Source: Squalus acanthias
Taxonomy: Eukaryota
Reading direction: 5' to 3'
Assembly: GCA_030390025.1 (NCBI GenBank)
Contig: CM059425.1
Span: 162,194,001 to 162,258,000, forward strand
Length of the DNA stretch: 64,000 bases
This document shows, piece after piece, positions 44,512 through 57,851 of the stretch. The translations under genes were made by a program, and so were the position numbers. The notes under the pieces were generated by a model, which searched no databases, had not been told where the DNA came from, and was given only the letters and a program-made list of their open reading frames with translations. How positions within the stretch are numbered: the first letter of the stretch is position 1; each line of letters opens with the position of its first letter.

Positions 44512-47474
44512 ACATAAGAACATAAGATGTAGGAGCAGGAGTAGGTCATTTGGCCCCTCGAGCCTGCTCTACCATTCAATAAGATCATGGCTGATCTGAT
44601 CGTGGCCTCAACTCCACTTCCCTGCCCGCTCCCCATAACCCTAGAATCCCTTACCATTCAAAAATCTGTCGATCTCCACCTTAAATATATTCAATGGCCC
44701 AGCCTCCACAGCTCTCTGGGGAAGAGAATTCCAAAGATTCACAACCCTCTGAGAGAAGAAATTCTTCCTCATTTCTATATTAAATGGTTGCCCCCTTATT
44801 CTGAAATTTTGCCCCATAGTGCTAGATTCCCCCACGAGGGGAAACATCCTCTCTGCATCAACCCGGTCAAGCCCCTTCAGAATATTATATGTTTCAATGA
44901 GATCACCTCTCATTCTTCTAAACTCCAATGAGTATAGGCCCAACCTGCTCAACCTTTCTTCATAAGACAACCTTTTCATCTCCGGAATCACCTTCGTGAA
45001 CCTTCTCTGAACTGCCTCCAATGCAAGTATATAGAATAGGAGAGTAAGCTTGCAGGGAACATAAAAACTGACTGTAAAAGCTTCTATAGATATGTGAAGA
45101 GAAAAAGATTGGTGAAGTCAAGCGTAGGTCCCTTGCAGTCAGAATCAGGGGAATTTATAATGGGGAACAAAGAAATGACAGACCAATTAAATACATACTT
45201 TGGTTCTGTCTTCACAAAGGAGGACACAAATAAACTCCCAGAGATGTCGGGGAACATAGGGTCTAATGAGAGGGAGGAATTGAATGAAATCAGTATTTGT
45301 AGGGAAATGGTGTTAGGGAAATTGATGGGATTGAAGGCCAATAAATCCCCAGGGCCTGATAATCTACATCCTAGGGTACTTAAGGAAGTGGCCCTAGAAA
45401 TAGTAGATGAATTGCTGGTCATCTTTCAAAATTCTATAGACTCTGGAACAGTTCCCATGGATTGGAGGGTAGCAAATGTAACCCCACTATTTAAAAAAGG
45501 TGGTAGAGAAAAAACAGGGAATTATAGACCAGTAAGCCTGACATCGGTAGTGGGCAAAATGCTAGAGTCCATTACAAAAGATGTAATAGCAGAGCACTTG
45601 GAAAACAGTGACAGGATCGGACAAAGTCAACATGGATTTACAAAAGGTAAATTATGCCTGACTAATCTACTGGAATTTTTTGAGGATGTAACTGGTAGAA
45701 TAGATAAGGGAGAACCAGTGGATGTGGTGTATTTGGATTTTCAGAAGGCTTTCGATAAGGTCCCGCATAAGAGATTAGCGTGCAAAGTTAAAGCACATGG
45801 GATTGGGGGTAAGGTACTGATTTGGATAGAGACTGGTTGGCAGACAGGAAGCAAAGAGTTGGAATAAATGGGTCTTTTTCCGAGTGGCAGGCAGTGACTA
45901 GTGGGGTACCGCAGGGATCGGTGCTAGGACCCCAGCTATTCACAATATATATTAATGATCTAGACGAGGGAACTAGATGTAATATCTCCAAGTTTGCAGA
46001 CGACACAAAGCTGGGTGGGCGTGTTTGCTGTGAGGAGGATGCAGAGAAACTCCAGTATGATTTGGACAGGTTGGGTGATTGGGCAGATGCATGGCAGATG
46101 CAGTATAATGTGGATAAATGCGAGGTAATCCATTTTGGTGGCAAAAACAGGAAGACAGATTATTATCTGAACGGCAATAGATTGGGAAAAGGGGAAGTGC
46201 AACGAGATCTGGGAGTCCTTGTGCACCAGTCGCTGAAGGTAAGCATGCAGGTGCAGCAGGCGGTTAAGAAGGCAAATGGTATGTTGGCCTTCATAGCGAG
46301 AGGATTCAAGTACAGAAGCAAGAATGTCTTGCTGCAGTTGTACAAGGCCTTGGTGAGACCACACCTTGAGTATTGTGTGCAGTTTTGGTCGCCTTATCTG
46401 AGAAAGGATGTTCTTGCCATGGAGGGAGTGCAGCGAAGATTCACCAGACTGATACCTGGGATGGCAGGAATGACATATGAAGAGAGATTGGGTCGATTAG
46501 GCTTATATTCGCTAGAGTTTAGAAGAATGAGAGGGGATCTCATTGAAACTTATAAAATTCTAACAGGACTAGACAGACTAGATGCAGGAAGGATGTTCCC
46601 GATGGCGGGGAGTCCAGAACCAGAGGTCACAGTCTAAGGATAAGGGGTAAGCCATTTAGGACTGAGATGAGGAGGAATTTCTTCACCCAGAGTGTAGTGA
46701 ACCTGTGGAATTCTCTACCACAGAAGGCAGTTGAGGCCAATTCATTAAATATATTCAAGAAGGAGATAGATATATCTCTTAAGGCTAAAGGGATCAAGGG
46801 ATATGGGGAGAAAGCAGGGACAGGGTACTGAATTTGGATGATCAGCCATGATCTCATTAAATAGCGGAGCAGGCTCAAAGGGCCGAATGGCCTACTCCTG
46901 CTCCTATCTTCTATGCTTCTATCCTTCCTTAAATAAGGAGACCAAAACTGTATGCAGTACTCCAGGTGTGGTCTCACCAACGCCCTGTACAGTTGTAACA
47001 GGACTTCCCTACTTTTACACTCCATTCCCTTTGCAATAAAGGCCAACACTCCATTTGACTTCCTAATTACTTGCTGTACCTGCATGCTAACTTTTTGTGA
47101 TTCATGTACAAGGACCCCCAGTTCCCTCTGTACCTCAGCATTTTGTAAGCTCTCCCCATTTAAATAATAATTTGCTTTTTTATTTTTCCTACCAAAGTGG
47201 ATAACCTCGCATTTTCCCACATTATACTCCATCTGCCAGATTCCTGCCCACTCACTTAGCCTATCTATATCCCTTTGGAGATTCTTTGCGTCCTCCACAC
47301 AATTTGCTTTCCCACCTATCTTTGTATCATCAGCAAATTTGGCTACATTACACTCGGTCCCTTCATTCAAGTCATTAATATAGATTTTAAATAGTTGAGG
47401 CCCCAGCACTGATCCCTGTGGCACCCCACTAGTTACAGTTTGCCGTCCTGAAAATGACCCATTTATCCCGACTT
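44512..47474 (-). mobile_element. CR1 3' portion split by a second CR1
   Basis: 44512-45030 and 46920-47474 rejoin at gcaagtatat|ccttccttaaataagg. Confidence 0.88.
45031..46920 (+). mobile_element. Young CR1, 5'-truncated, RT nearly intact
   Basis: ORFs 45094-45867 and 45822-46637 with [33 protein letters not shown]. Confidence 0.95.
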
Positions 47475-47834
47475 ATTAGCTGCCTAGGTCCCAAGCTCTG
47501 GAATTCCCTGTCTAAATCTCACCGCCTCTCTATCCTCCTTTAACACACTCCTTAAAACCTACCTCTCTGACCAAGCTTTTGTCCACCTGTCCTAATATTT
47601 CCTTATGTGGATCGGCGTCAAATTTTATTTGAAAACGCTCTTCTGAAGCACCTTGGGATGTTTTACTATGTTAAAGGTGCTATATAAATGCAAGTTGCTG
47701 TTGTTGGTGGTCAAAGAGGTAGGTTTTAAGGAGCAACTTAAAAGGAGAGCGGGGCAAAGGTTTAGGGAGGTAATTCCAGAGCTTCGGCAGCTGAAGGCAT
47801 GCCCACCAATGCGAATGGTGGAGCGAAGGAAACA

Positions 47835-50800
47835 AAAACATAGAAAAATAGGAACAGGAGTAGGCCATTCGGCCCTTCGAGCCTGTTCCGCCATTCAATA
47901 TGATCATGGCTGATCCTCTATCTCAATACCATATTCCCGCTCTCTCCCCATACCCCTTGATGCCTTTTGTGTCTAGAAATCTATCTATCTCCTTCTTAAA
48001 TATATTCAGTGACTTCTGTTGTAGAGAATTCCACAGGTTCACCACCCTCTGAGTGAAGAAATTTCTCCTCATCTCAGTCCAAAATGTCCTACCCTGTATC
48101 CTGAGACTGAGACCCCTCGTTCTAGACCCCCCAGCCAGGGGAAACATCCTCCCTGCATCCAGTCTGTCTAGCCCTGTCAGAATGTTATACGTTTCAATGA
48201 GATCCCCTCTCATTCTTCGAAACTCTAGTGAATACAGGCCTAGCCGACCCAATCTCTCCTCATACGACAGTCCTGCCATCCCAGGAATCAGTCTGCTGAA
48301 CCTTCGCTGCACTCCCTCTATGGCAAGTATATCCTTTCTTCGGTAAGGAGACCAAAACTGCACACAGTACTCCAGGTGTGGTCTCACCAAGGCCCTGTAC
48401 AACTGTAGTAAGACATCCTTGCTCCTGTACTCAAATCCTCTTGCAATGAAGGCCAACATACCATTTGCCTTCCTAACTGCTTGCTGCACCTGCATGTTTG
48501 CTTTCAGTGACTGGTGTACAAGGACACCCATGTCCCTTTGTACATCAGCATTTCCCAATCTATCACCATTTAAATAATACTCTACCTTTCTGTTTTTCCT
48601 ACCGAAGTGGATAACTTCACATTTATCCACGTTATACTGCATCTGCCATGTATTTGCCCACTCACTCAACTTGTCTAAATCGCCTTGAAGCCTCTTTGCA
48701 TCCTCCCCACAACTCACAATCCCACCTAGTTTCGTGTCGTCAGCAAACTTGGAAATATTACTTTGGTTCCCTCATCCAAATCATTGATATATATTGTGAA
48801 TAGCTGGGGCCCAAGCACTGATCCCTGCGGTACCCCACTAGTCACCGCCTGCCACCCCGAAAAAGTCCCATTTATTCCAACTCTCTGTTTCCTGTCTGTT
48901 AACCAATTTTCAATCCATGCCAGTATATTACCTCCAATCCCATGTGCTTCAATTTTGCACACTAACCTCTTATGTGGGACTTTATCAAAGGCCTTCTGAA
49001 AATTCAAATACACCACATCCACTGGTTCTCCCTTATCTATTCTACCAGTTACATCCTCAAAAAACTCCAGTAGGTTTGTCAAACACGATTTCCCTTTCAT
49101 AGATCCATGCTGACTTTGTCTAATCCCATTGATATTTTCTAACTGTCCTGTTATCACATCCTTTATAATAGACTCGAGCATTTTCCCTGCTACTGATGTT
49201 AGGCTAACCGGTCTGTAGTTCCCGGTTTTCTCTCGCCCTCCTTTTTTAAATAGTGAGGTTACATTTGCCACCCTCCAATCTGCAGGAACTGTTCCATAAT
49301 CTGTAGAATTTTGGAAGATGACAACCAATACATCCACTATTTCCATGGCTACCTCTTATAGTACTCTGGGATGCAGATTATCAGGCCCTGGGGATTTAAT
49401 CAGCTTTCAGTCCCATTAATTCCTCCACCACTATTGTTTTACTCATACTAATTTCCTTTAATTCCTCCTTCTCACTGGACCCTTGGTTCCCTCGCATTTC
49501 TGGGAAGTTATTTGTGTCCTCTTCTGTGAAGACAGAACCAAAGTATTTGTTTAATTGCTCTGCCATTTCCTTGTTCCCATTATAAATTCTCCCGTTTCTG
49601 ACTGTAAGGGACCTGCATTTGTCTTCACTAATCTTTTTCTTCTTACATGCTTGTAGAAGCTTTTACAGTCCACTTTTATGTTCCTTGCAAGTTTACTCTC
49701 ATACTCTATTTTTTCCCTCTTGATCAATCTCTTGGTCCTTTTTTGCTGAACTCTAAACTGCTCCCAATCCTCAGGCTTGCTACTTTTTGTGGCAACTTTA
49801 TATGACTCCTCTTCGGATCTAAAACTAGCCTTAATTTCTTTTGTTAGCCATGGTTGGGCCGCTTTTCCTTTTGTGTTTTTGCGCCAGGAAGGAATGTATA
49901 ACTGTTGCAATTCATGCATTCATTCCTTAAATGTTAGCCATTGCCTATCCACCGTCCTGCCTTTTAATGAAGCTCCCCAATCTATCATAGCCAACTCACT
50001 CCTCATACCTTCGTAGTTTCCTTTGTTTAGATTTAGGACCCTAGTTTCGGATTGGATTTCTTCACTTTCCATCTTAATGAAGAATTCTATCATGTTATGG
50101 TCACTCTTCCCTAAAGGACACCGCACAACAAGGTTATTAATTAACCCCTTCTCATTGCACAATACCCAATCTAGGATAGCCTGTTCCCTAGTTGGCTCCT
50201 CAACGTACTGGTCTAAAAAACCATCTTGTACACACTCCAGGAATTCATTCTCCACAGTATTATTGCTAATTTGGTTTGGCCAGTCTATATGTAGATTACA
50301 GTCACCCATGATTACTGTAGTACCCTTGTTACATGCATCTCTAATTTCCTGTTTGATGCCGTCCCCTACATTACCACTACTGTTTGGAGGCCTATAGACA
50401 ACTCCCACCAATGTTTTCTGCCCCTTGGTGCTTCTTAGCTCCACCCAGACTGATTCTACATCTTTATTTTCTGAGCCAATATCCTTTCTCACTGTTGCTC
50501 TGATTTCATCTTTTACTAACAAGGCCACCACACCGCCTTTTCCTTTTTGTCTGTCCTTCCTAAATATCAAATATCCTTGGATATTCAGCTCCCAGCCTTG
50601 GTCACCCTGCAGCCATGTCTCCGTAATCGCAATTATATCGTATTCGTTTACATCTATTTGCGCTGTTAATTTGTCTACCTTATTATGAATGCTTCGTGCA
50701 TTCAGATTTGTCTTATCATTTTTAGACATCTTAACATTTTTTTGTACAATGGCCCTATTTGTCTTACCATTTTTTCTTACCCGGACCCTATTTGTTAGTG

Positions 50801-52563
50801 CACTCTTTTGTTTGTACGCTCTGTCCCTTCCTGACACAATCTGGTTGTACTTACCCCAATCACTTTCCTGCACTGCTTCCTTGTCTTTTCTCTTTAGCAT
50901 TCTAAATTTCTCTCCACCGGGACTCTCCCCCGCCTTATTTAGTTTAAAGCCCCATCTACCTCCCAAGTTATTCGATTCGCTAGAACTCTGGTCCCAGCAT
51001 GGTTCAGGTGTAGTCCGTCCCAACGGAACAGCTCTCTCTTTCCCCAGTACTGGTGCCAGTGCCCCACGAATCAAAACCCACTTCTCCCACACCAATCTTT
51101 GAGACACGCATTCATCTCCCTGATCCTATTGACCCTATGCCAATTTGCTCGTGGCTCAGGTAATAATCCAGAGATTATTACCTTTGTGGTTCTGCTTTTT
51201 AATTTAGTCCCTAGCTACTCAAACTCCCTCAGCAGAGCCTCTTTCTTTGTCCTACCTATGTCGTTGGTACCTACATGGACCACGACAACTGGATCCTCCC
51301 CCTCCCACTCCAAGTTCTTCTCCAGCTGGAGGAGATGTCCTTTACCCTGGCACCAGGTAGGCAACACAGCCTTCGGGACTCACGCTCTTGGCTGCAGAGA
51401 ACAGTGGCTATCCCCCTAACTATGCTGTCCCCTACCACTACCACATTTCTTTTTGCTCCCCCCTCTTGAATGGCTCCCTGTAGCACGGTGCTGTGGTCAG
51501 TTTGCTCATCCTCCCTGCAGTCCCTGCTCTCGTCCACACAGAGAATAAGAACCTCATACTTATTGGACAAGAGCAAGGACTGAGGCTCCTCCACCACTAC
51601 CCCCTGGTTCCCAATACCTGCCTCGCTTGTAGTCACACCCACCTGTCCCTGACCACGGACCAAATTTGAATTAATTAATCTAAGGGGTGTGACTGCCTCC
51701 TGGAACACAGCGTCCAGTTAACTCTCCCCCTCCCTGATGTGTCGCAGTGTTTGATGCTCGGACTCCAGCTCATCAACACAGAGCCGAAGTTCCTCGAGCA
51801 ACCAACACTTACTGCAAATGTGGTTGCCTTGGACCTCAATTGTGTCCACCAGCTCCCACATGTTGCAGCAGTAACACATCGCCGGCCCTGCCATCTCTAA
51901 TGTATTTAATTAATTAAGTGTTTAAATTTTGAACGTTTAGTTTTTAATCCCGGCTCTTAATTTAAACCAATGCCGAAGAAAACAGAAAAATACTGACCAA
52001 CCAATCACTTCCCTGCTTTCCTGTGACGGCACTTGTTTTATTTGTTGTTCTTTAAATCGCCTGCTCCCTCAGAGGTCGGTCCGCTCCCGCTGCTGCTCCC
52101 AATGGCTCAGTCTGGGCCTCGAGCCTCAGGCTTTATTTCCTCGCTCCTCCTTCGCCTGCTCCCTCACAGGTCGGTCCGTTCCCGCTGCTGCTCCCAATAG
52201 CTCGGTCTGGGCCTCGAGCTTTATTTCCTCGCTCCTCCTTCGCCTGCTCTCTCACAGGTCGGTCCGCTCCCGCTGCTGCTCCCAATAGCTCGGTCTGGGC
52301 CTCGAGCTTTATTTCCTCGCTCCTCCTTCGCCTGCTCCCTCACAGGTCGGTCCGCTCCCGCTGCTGCTCCCAATAGCTCGGTCTGGGCCTCAAGCCTCGG
52401 GCTTTATTTCCTCGCTCCTCCTTCGCCTGCTCCCTCACAGGTCGGTCCGCTCCCGCTGCTGCTCCCAATAGCTCGGTCTGGGCCTCGAGCCTCGAGCTTT
52501 ATTTCCTCACTCCTCTTTCACCTGCTCCCTCACAGGTCGGTCTCCTCCCGCTGCTGCTCCCAA
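47835..52563 (-). mobile_element. Near full-length CR1 LINE (5' UTR repeats, ORF1 zinc finger plus SGNH-esterase-like, ORF2 EN-RT; disrupted)
   Basis: ORF1 from ATG at 51894 (CYCCNMW..CSKC, VVVGDSIVRG, CLPGARVKDI); EN IAITETWL, GVVYRPP, SDHNMI; RT motifs 47923-49346; inserted in a minus-strand L2 3' fragment (about 47690-47832 and 52564-52790). Confidence 0.93.
52058..52563 (-). repeat. Tandem array of 88/95-bp monomers (about 5.5 copies) forming the CR1 5' end
   Basis: Monomers start at 52058, 52153, 52241, 52329, 52424, 52519. Confidence 0.9.
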
Positions 52564-53207
52564 TATGAGGGATGTACAAGAGGCCAGAATTGGAGAAGCG
52601 TAGAGATCTCAGAGGGTTGTAGGGCTGGAGGAGGTCACAGAGATAGGGAGTTGCAAAGCCATAGAGGGATTTGAACACAAGGGTAAGAATTTTGAAAACG
52701 AGGCTTTGCCAAAATGGGAGCCAATGGGGGCAGCGAACACAAAGGTGATGGGTGAACAGGACTTGGTGCGAGTTAGGATATGGACATCAGACGATCTTGA
52801 AAACAACCGTAACACTGATGACTGTTTTGTCATTAAAGCGAAAGGAACGAGTAATATAGTTGTTCAACACCTGTAGTAACATCCCTCCATTCCTGCGTTG
52901 TGTGTGTATATATATTGCATGCTATCAAGTGAGGCCTGGCATCAAAAAACTATTAATAAATCACTTATCTGCAGCTGGGGAAAAAATCCACATAACTTTG
53001 TTTGCAAATAACAAAAGGATGTATTTGCTGTCTGTCTATTCGTAGGTCGGAGTTGGTATTTCTGGACAATCACAGTAACAGCCCAAGGCATCAACTGTGG
53101 GACGGCACCAACACCTAGGGCGGGAGCTGGATCGGGAGCGGACCATTAACCGTACGCGAATGAACCACCACAGAAAGTAAGAAAACAAGGTGGCATAGAA
53201 GACTTAC

Positions 53208-53330
53208 ATGCGACGGCCCGGCCTTGGCTTCTGTCACTGTCTCAGGCTCAACCGCCTGTTTACAAACGCGTCGCCCGGAGACGCTCTGCCAGCGTCACTG
53301 CCAGCTCCGGGCCAGCACGTATGGTGCGTG
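53208..53330 (-). other. Putative first exon of a divergent gene (KIAA0825 by synteny; start approximate)
   Basis: Consensus GTAAGT donor on the minus strand in the CpG island; identity is inference only. Confidence 0.35.
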
Positions 53331-53599
53331 AGCAGGCTCTACTACTCTGGGGGAAGGGAGAGGGGGAGTGATTGATCGGTTTTAAAAACAAGCTTCATGG
53401 AAAATACAAGCACCTCAAATTACTATGAGTACTTTAAATTTAGCTGTAGTTGAATGTTTTAAAAAAAAGCTATTTCGCCTTCTGTTGCGATTGTGGTGTG
53501 TGTATTTTTTTTTTGTTACCTTACCATCGTGTGTAAAGTAGTAGAGGCGATAGGAAGTTTGGCGCGAGGGGGCTGGTTTAAATCTGCGCGCGAGAGCGG

Positions 53600-53766
53600 G
53601 CTCAGGTGTGGGGATTAACGGCGATCAGCGCGATCCCGCTGGTTGATGCGCCGAGTGATCAGTAGTAAGCTGGTGGGGCCCCTTTGCTGTCCGGAGTTCA
53701 AGTCACTGACGGTGTGACGACGAGGACGGCTTGTCCCTGCCCGCTATATCTGTGCTTATTGTAAAG
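53600..53766 (+). other. SLF1: Putative non-coding first exon of SLF1 (start approximate)
   Basis: Ends at donor AAG|GTAATG; the next exon starts at the ATG directly after an acceptor. Confidence 0.6.
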
Positions 53767-53859
53767 GTAATGTTGTCTAGCGGCTTTTAGATTTCCATCT
53801 GCAAATGTGCAGTTTGCTTTTATTTTTTGCAGTCTGTTAAAGTTTCCCCCCCAATTTGG

Positions 53860-54323
53860 TTCAGCTGTGGCTCAGTGGGGAGCACACTCTCCTCTGAGTC
53901 AGAAGGTTGTGGGTTCAAGTCCCATTCGAGGGACTTGTACACATAAAGCTAAGGTGACACTCCAGTACAGTGCTGAGGGAGTGCTGCACTGTCAAGAAGT
54001 GCTGTCTTTCGGATGAGACATTAAACCGAGGCCCATCTGCTCTCTCAGGTGGATGTAAAAGATCCCATGGCACTATTTCAAAGATGAGCAGGGGCGTTAT
54101 CCCTGGTGTCCTGGCCAATATTTATTCCTCAACCAACATAACAAAAACAGATTATCTGGTCATTATCACATTGCTGTTTGTGGGAGCTTACTTGTGTGCA
54201 AATTGGCTGCCGCGTTTCCCACATTACAACAGTGACTACACTCCAAAAGTACTTCATTGGTTGTAAAGTGCTTTGAGACATCCGGTGGTCGTGAAAGGCG
54301 CTATATAAATGCAAGTCTTTTTT
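53860..54323 (+). mobile_element. Deu-domain SINE (SacSINE1-like): tRNA head, Deu core, L2-type tail
   Basis: gtggctcagtgg / gggttcaagtccc boxes; ctgtctttcggatgagacattaaaccgagg...ggtgtcctggccaa core; aaaggcgctatataaatgcaag tail. Confidence 0.85.
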
Positions 54324-54579
54324 CCGATCATGGAGGGATATGCCTCCTCTGTTTTTCAGCTGATTGGGACTGCCCTTGTCTGTTGTTGTAGTCTCCTCCT
54401 TTTCCAATTTGGAGAGCCAACAAGAAAGCAATTAGGGAAAGCAAAAGCACAACTGCTCCCTTCTGGTCTTTTCCTTCCTTCTCTGCTGCAGCAGCAACAA
54501 CACACCTGTTCCTCTCACACCAACTACACCTTTTATGTTGAAATTCAGTGATTAATGGTTGGTGCCATCACCAGTAAGA

Positions 54580-54800
54580 AAGTAAACAAGTGCCCCCTTT
54601 TAATGGGGCACAACCAATAAACTGCAAATTAAACCAAATTTAAATGAAACTTAACAAATCAAATCAAAATTTTGTTTCTGGGGTTGATGAAGCACTCCAA
54701 GGACTTCCCCTGTGCAAAACCCTCCAGGCCAAGTCCCCAATAGATAAAGGGAGGACTCCCGTGGCGTGAGCCTTCCATTGGGGACCCCTACCACCTCCGG
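54580..54800 (-). mobile_element. Possible Tx1/L1-clade LINE 3' fragment
   Basis: Minus strand LECFINPRNKILI-stop followed by the gtgcccc...ggggcac hairpin. Confidence 0.4.
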
Positions 54801-54869
54801 ATGGCAAGATGTTGCGCCAAGGCGTGACTGCCCTTATCTGGTTCCACTCTTAGCTATCGAATTGTAGCC

Positions 54870-55862
54870 AGAGAAACTTCTCCAATGGCTTCTCTTCCTG
54901 CCCCTGCACAGTTATCTGGAGTCTCCCAGGAACTATCCTTGGGTGCCTTCTATTTCTGAAGACATGGTGCAGGATCTACATTTATGTTGACGACGCCCAG
55001 CTCTACCTTCACACCACCACCCCACCCCCCACCCGCCAAACCACCTCACTCGACACCTCCACTATCTCTGTTGTCAGCCTACTAGTCTGACATTCAGTCC
55101 TACGTGAGCTGCAGTTTCTGCCAGTTAAGCATTGGGAAGACCAGAGTAATTGTCTTCTCTCCCTGGCCACTGTCTCTGGCTGAATCAGATGGTTCGCAAC
55201 CTCGGCTTCCTATTTGACCCTGAGCTGAGCTTATAACCCCATATCCTTTCCATCACAAAGACTGCCTACTTCCACCTCTAATATTGTCTGCCTCAGCCCA
55301 TCTGCTGCTGAAGCCCTCACCGATGCCTTTGTTACCTCCAGACTCCACTATTCCAATGATCTCCTGGTCAGCCTCCCATTTTCTACCCTCTATAAACTTT
55401 GCTGTTCCTATCCTAACTCGCACTAAGACCCATTCACACATGACCCCTGTGCTCGATGAACTACATTGGTTCCCAGTCCACCAATGCCTTGAATTTAAAA
55501 TTCTCGTCCTTAGGTTCAAATCCCTCAATGGCCTTGCCCCTCCCTGTCTCTGACCTTTGGTCCTACAACCTTCCAAGATCTCTGCGCTCCAATTCAGACC
55601 TCTTGCGTGTCCCTGATTTCCAATCATTGGTGGTGCCTTCAGCTGACTAGGCCCTAAGCTCTGGCATTCCTGCCCTCAACCTGTCAGCTTCTTTACCTCT
55701 CTTCCTTTAAATTGCTCCTTAAAACTTTTTGACCAACTTTTGGTGGCCTGTCCTAATGTCTTGTTCTTTGGTTTGGTGTCAATTTTTGCCTGATTATGTT
55801 TCGTGAAGCGCCTTGGGATGTTTTGCTATATTAAAGGTGCTATATAAATACAAGTTGTTGAT
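54870..55862 (+). mobile_element. Degenerate L2 3' portion
   Basis: HMTPVLDELHWFPVHQCLEFKILVL; ggtgctatataaatacaagttgttg tail. Confidence 0.85.
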
Positions 55863-56898
55863 GTTCCTGGCCAAGCTCCTTTTAAAATATAAAGGAAAAA
55901 ATTAAAATTTTGGAAATTAAAAACTGAAAATGCTGGTAATAGACAGCAGGTCATTCAGTACCTAAGAGAAGAGAGGTAATTACATTTTTGGAGCATCAGA
56001 AGACTGAAAAATTAAGCATTTTCTGACTGAAAAATTAAGCATTTTCTATTTTTTCTTAAAATTATGTTTAAATGGTTACTGGAAAACTGCTTGTTTTCAG
56101 GGAGTGATTTTCACCATTGTATTTCTTAATGTGCATTTGATTTCACTCCTTTAGTGGATATGGTTTGTAATCATTCCTAGTTGTGACAAGAACAACATAT
56201 GTAACAACTGAGAATAATGATTAAAAATCATGTTCCCATAGGATCAGATTAAGGCCACAACACCAGTTTGTGTAGGGCCAATAATATGGCTTGTATAGAG
56301 ATGCTGCACAATGAATAAACTTCAAAGTTTTTTTAAAACTTAAATTTAAACTGACCATTTTGTTTTACTCTGGTCGTAAGTTTTTGTCAAAAATCTGTTT
56401 GTTCAGAGTATGATGATTCTAATATTGATTTGTTCAACTAATGCCTTACTGTTCCAAAATATGATGTGGTGCTTCACAGTAATGAATTGCAGGTATCTTT
56501 CCCCTGCCCCTGGCTGCCTTGTTTCCGAGGGGGCAGTGAGAATTGTAACTGGACCACATATAGCTGATAGCCAGTTCATAATACCATAAAATAGGCCCGA
56601 AGGCAGATTAATTTTAATCAAGTAAAATGCTTGTGACATTGCTCATTTTTTTTTTCATACAAGATGATGAGGGTTGGGAGTTTTCAGAAATGCACTGAAG
56701 AGTCACCAGGTGATCAGAACTAGCAACTATATCACGACAGTTGAAAAAATTGAATGGAAATTTGGCATAGCAATTTATAATGGTAAATGTTGACAGAAAA
56801 ATGTATCCAAAAATCCTGATAATGGGATGTCAGGTTTGTGGACATGGAGTGCATGCCCAACGCTAGATTTTTAATCCAACCTCTCTCTGTCTTCTAAA

Positions 56899-57322
56899 TG
56901 TCAGCCTTGGCCCAGTGGCAGCACTTTGCCTGAGTCAGAAGGTCATAAATTCAAGCCCCACTCCCAAGATTTGAGCACATATATAGGTTGACATTTCAGT
57001 GCATTAGTGAGGGAGTACTGCACTGTCTGAGGTGATGTTAAACCATCTTCCCTTTCAGACAGACGTATAGTATCCCATAGTACTAGTCAAAGAAGGATAG
57101 GGGAATTTTCTCATTGCCCTGGCTAACATTTATTCTTCAGTCACCACCACCAAAAATAGATTAACTGATTAATCATATTGCTGTATGTGGGATCTTGCTG
57201 TGATAATTGGCTGCTGCGTTTGCCTACAAAACTAGTGTGTATGCTTCAAAAATAACTCATTGGCTGTAAAGCACTTTGGGGCATCCTGAAAATGTGAAAG
57301 ACATTACTGCAAGTTCATTCTT
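56899..57322 (+). mobile_element. Deu-domain SINE, older copy
   Basis: Homologous to 53860-54323. Confidence 0.78.
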
Positions 57323-57851
57323 TATTAAAAATCTTCTGTCTGTATACACTTCATGTCAACAAAACCTTGCTCCTGTTGCCGTGCTTTAATTACGCTATTA
57401 TATCAACTCATTTTTTCCATTCTCAACGTGGACACAAGAATTTACAATGGAAACTACCTACGTAAACTTGTCACACTAAATGCATCCTCTCACCAGTAGT
57501 GGCACTGTATTGCCTCAGCCCATACAGCAAAGAAACTCGTGCTTCAACCATCTTTAAAGTATTAAACAAAAGTAAGGATAGAATGTATAATTTAAAAATG
57601 GGTAATAAGCATATATTTTTTTATATTAAAAATCTATCTGAAGCTTATTAAAAATCTTGCACCTACACACCCTGGTACAATTGCCCTCTAACCCCACTTC
57701 TGGTTTTGACTCCATGTGTGCAATACCACAGGAGGTGGACTAGTTGAATGCGTGTGTTTTTTAATATATCCTTCCCCTACAAAAGAAATTGATGCTCACA
57801 AGAAGAATGAATGTGATCTTGTGTGTAGCTAATTATACTTTTCTTACACAG

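Larger units (their letters stand above)
41930..47706 (+). mobile_element. Degenerate L2 LINE in three pieces (41930-43301, 44066-44511, 47475-47706)
   Basis: Collinear with the 36690-38631 L2; broken by an LTR and CR1 insertions. Confidence 0.85.
53060..53770. promoter_or_regulatory. CpG-island promoter, probably bidirectional
   Basis: CpG-rich non-repeat DNA upstream of the SLF1 coding exons; donors on both strands (aag|gtaatg at 53766/7 on +; GTAAGT at 53207 on -). Confidence 0.75.

Noticed and set aside
20316..50688. Many 60-140 aa ORFs antisense to CR1, L2 and Penelope
   Set aside because: Shadow frames of retroelement coding sequence, recurring in each copy.
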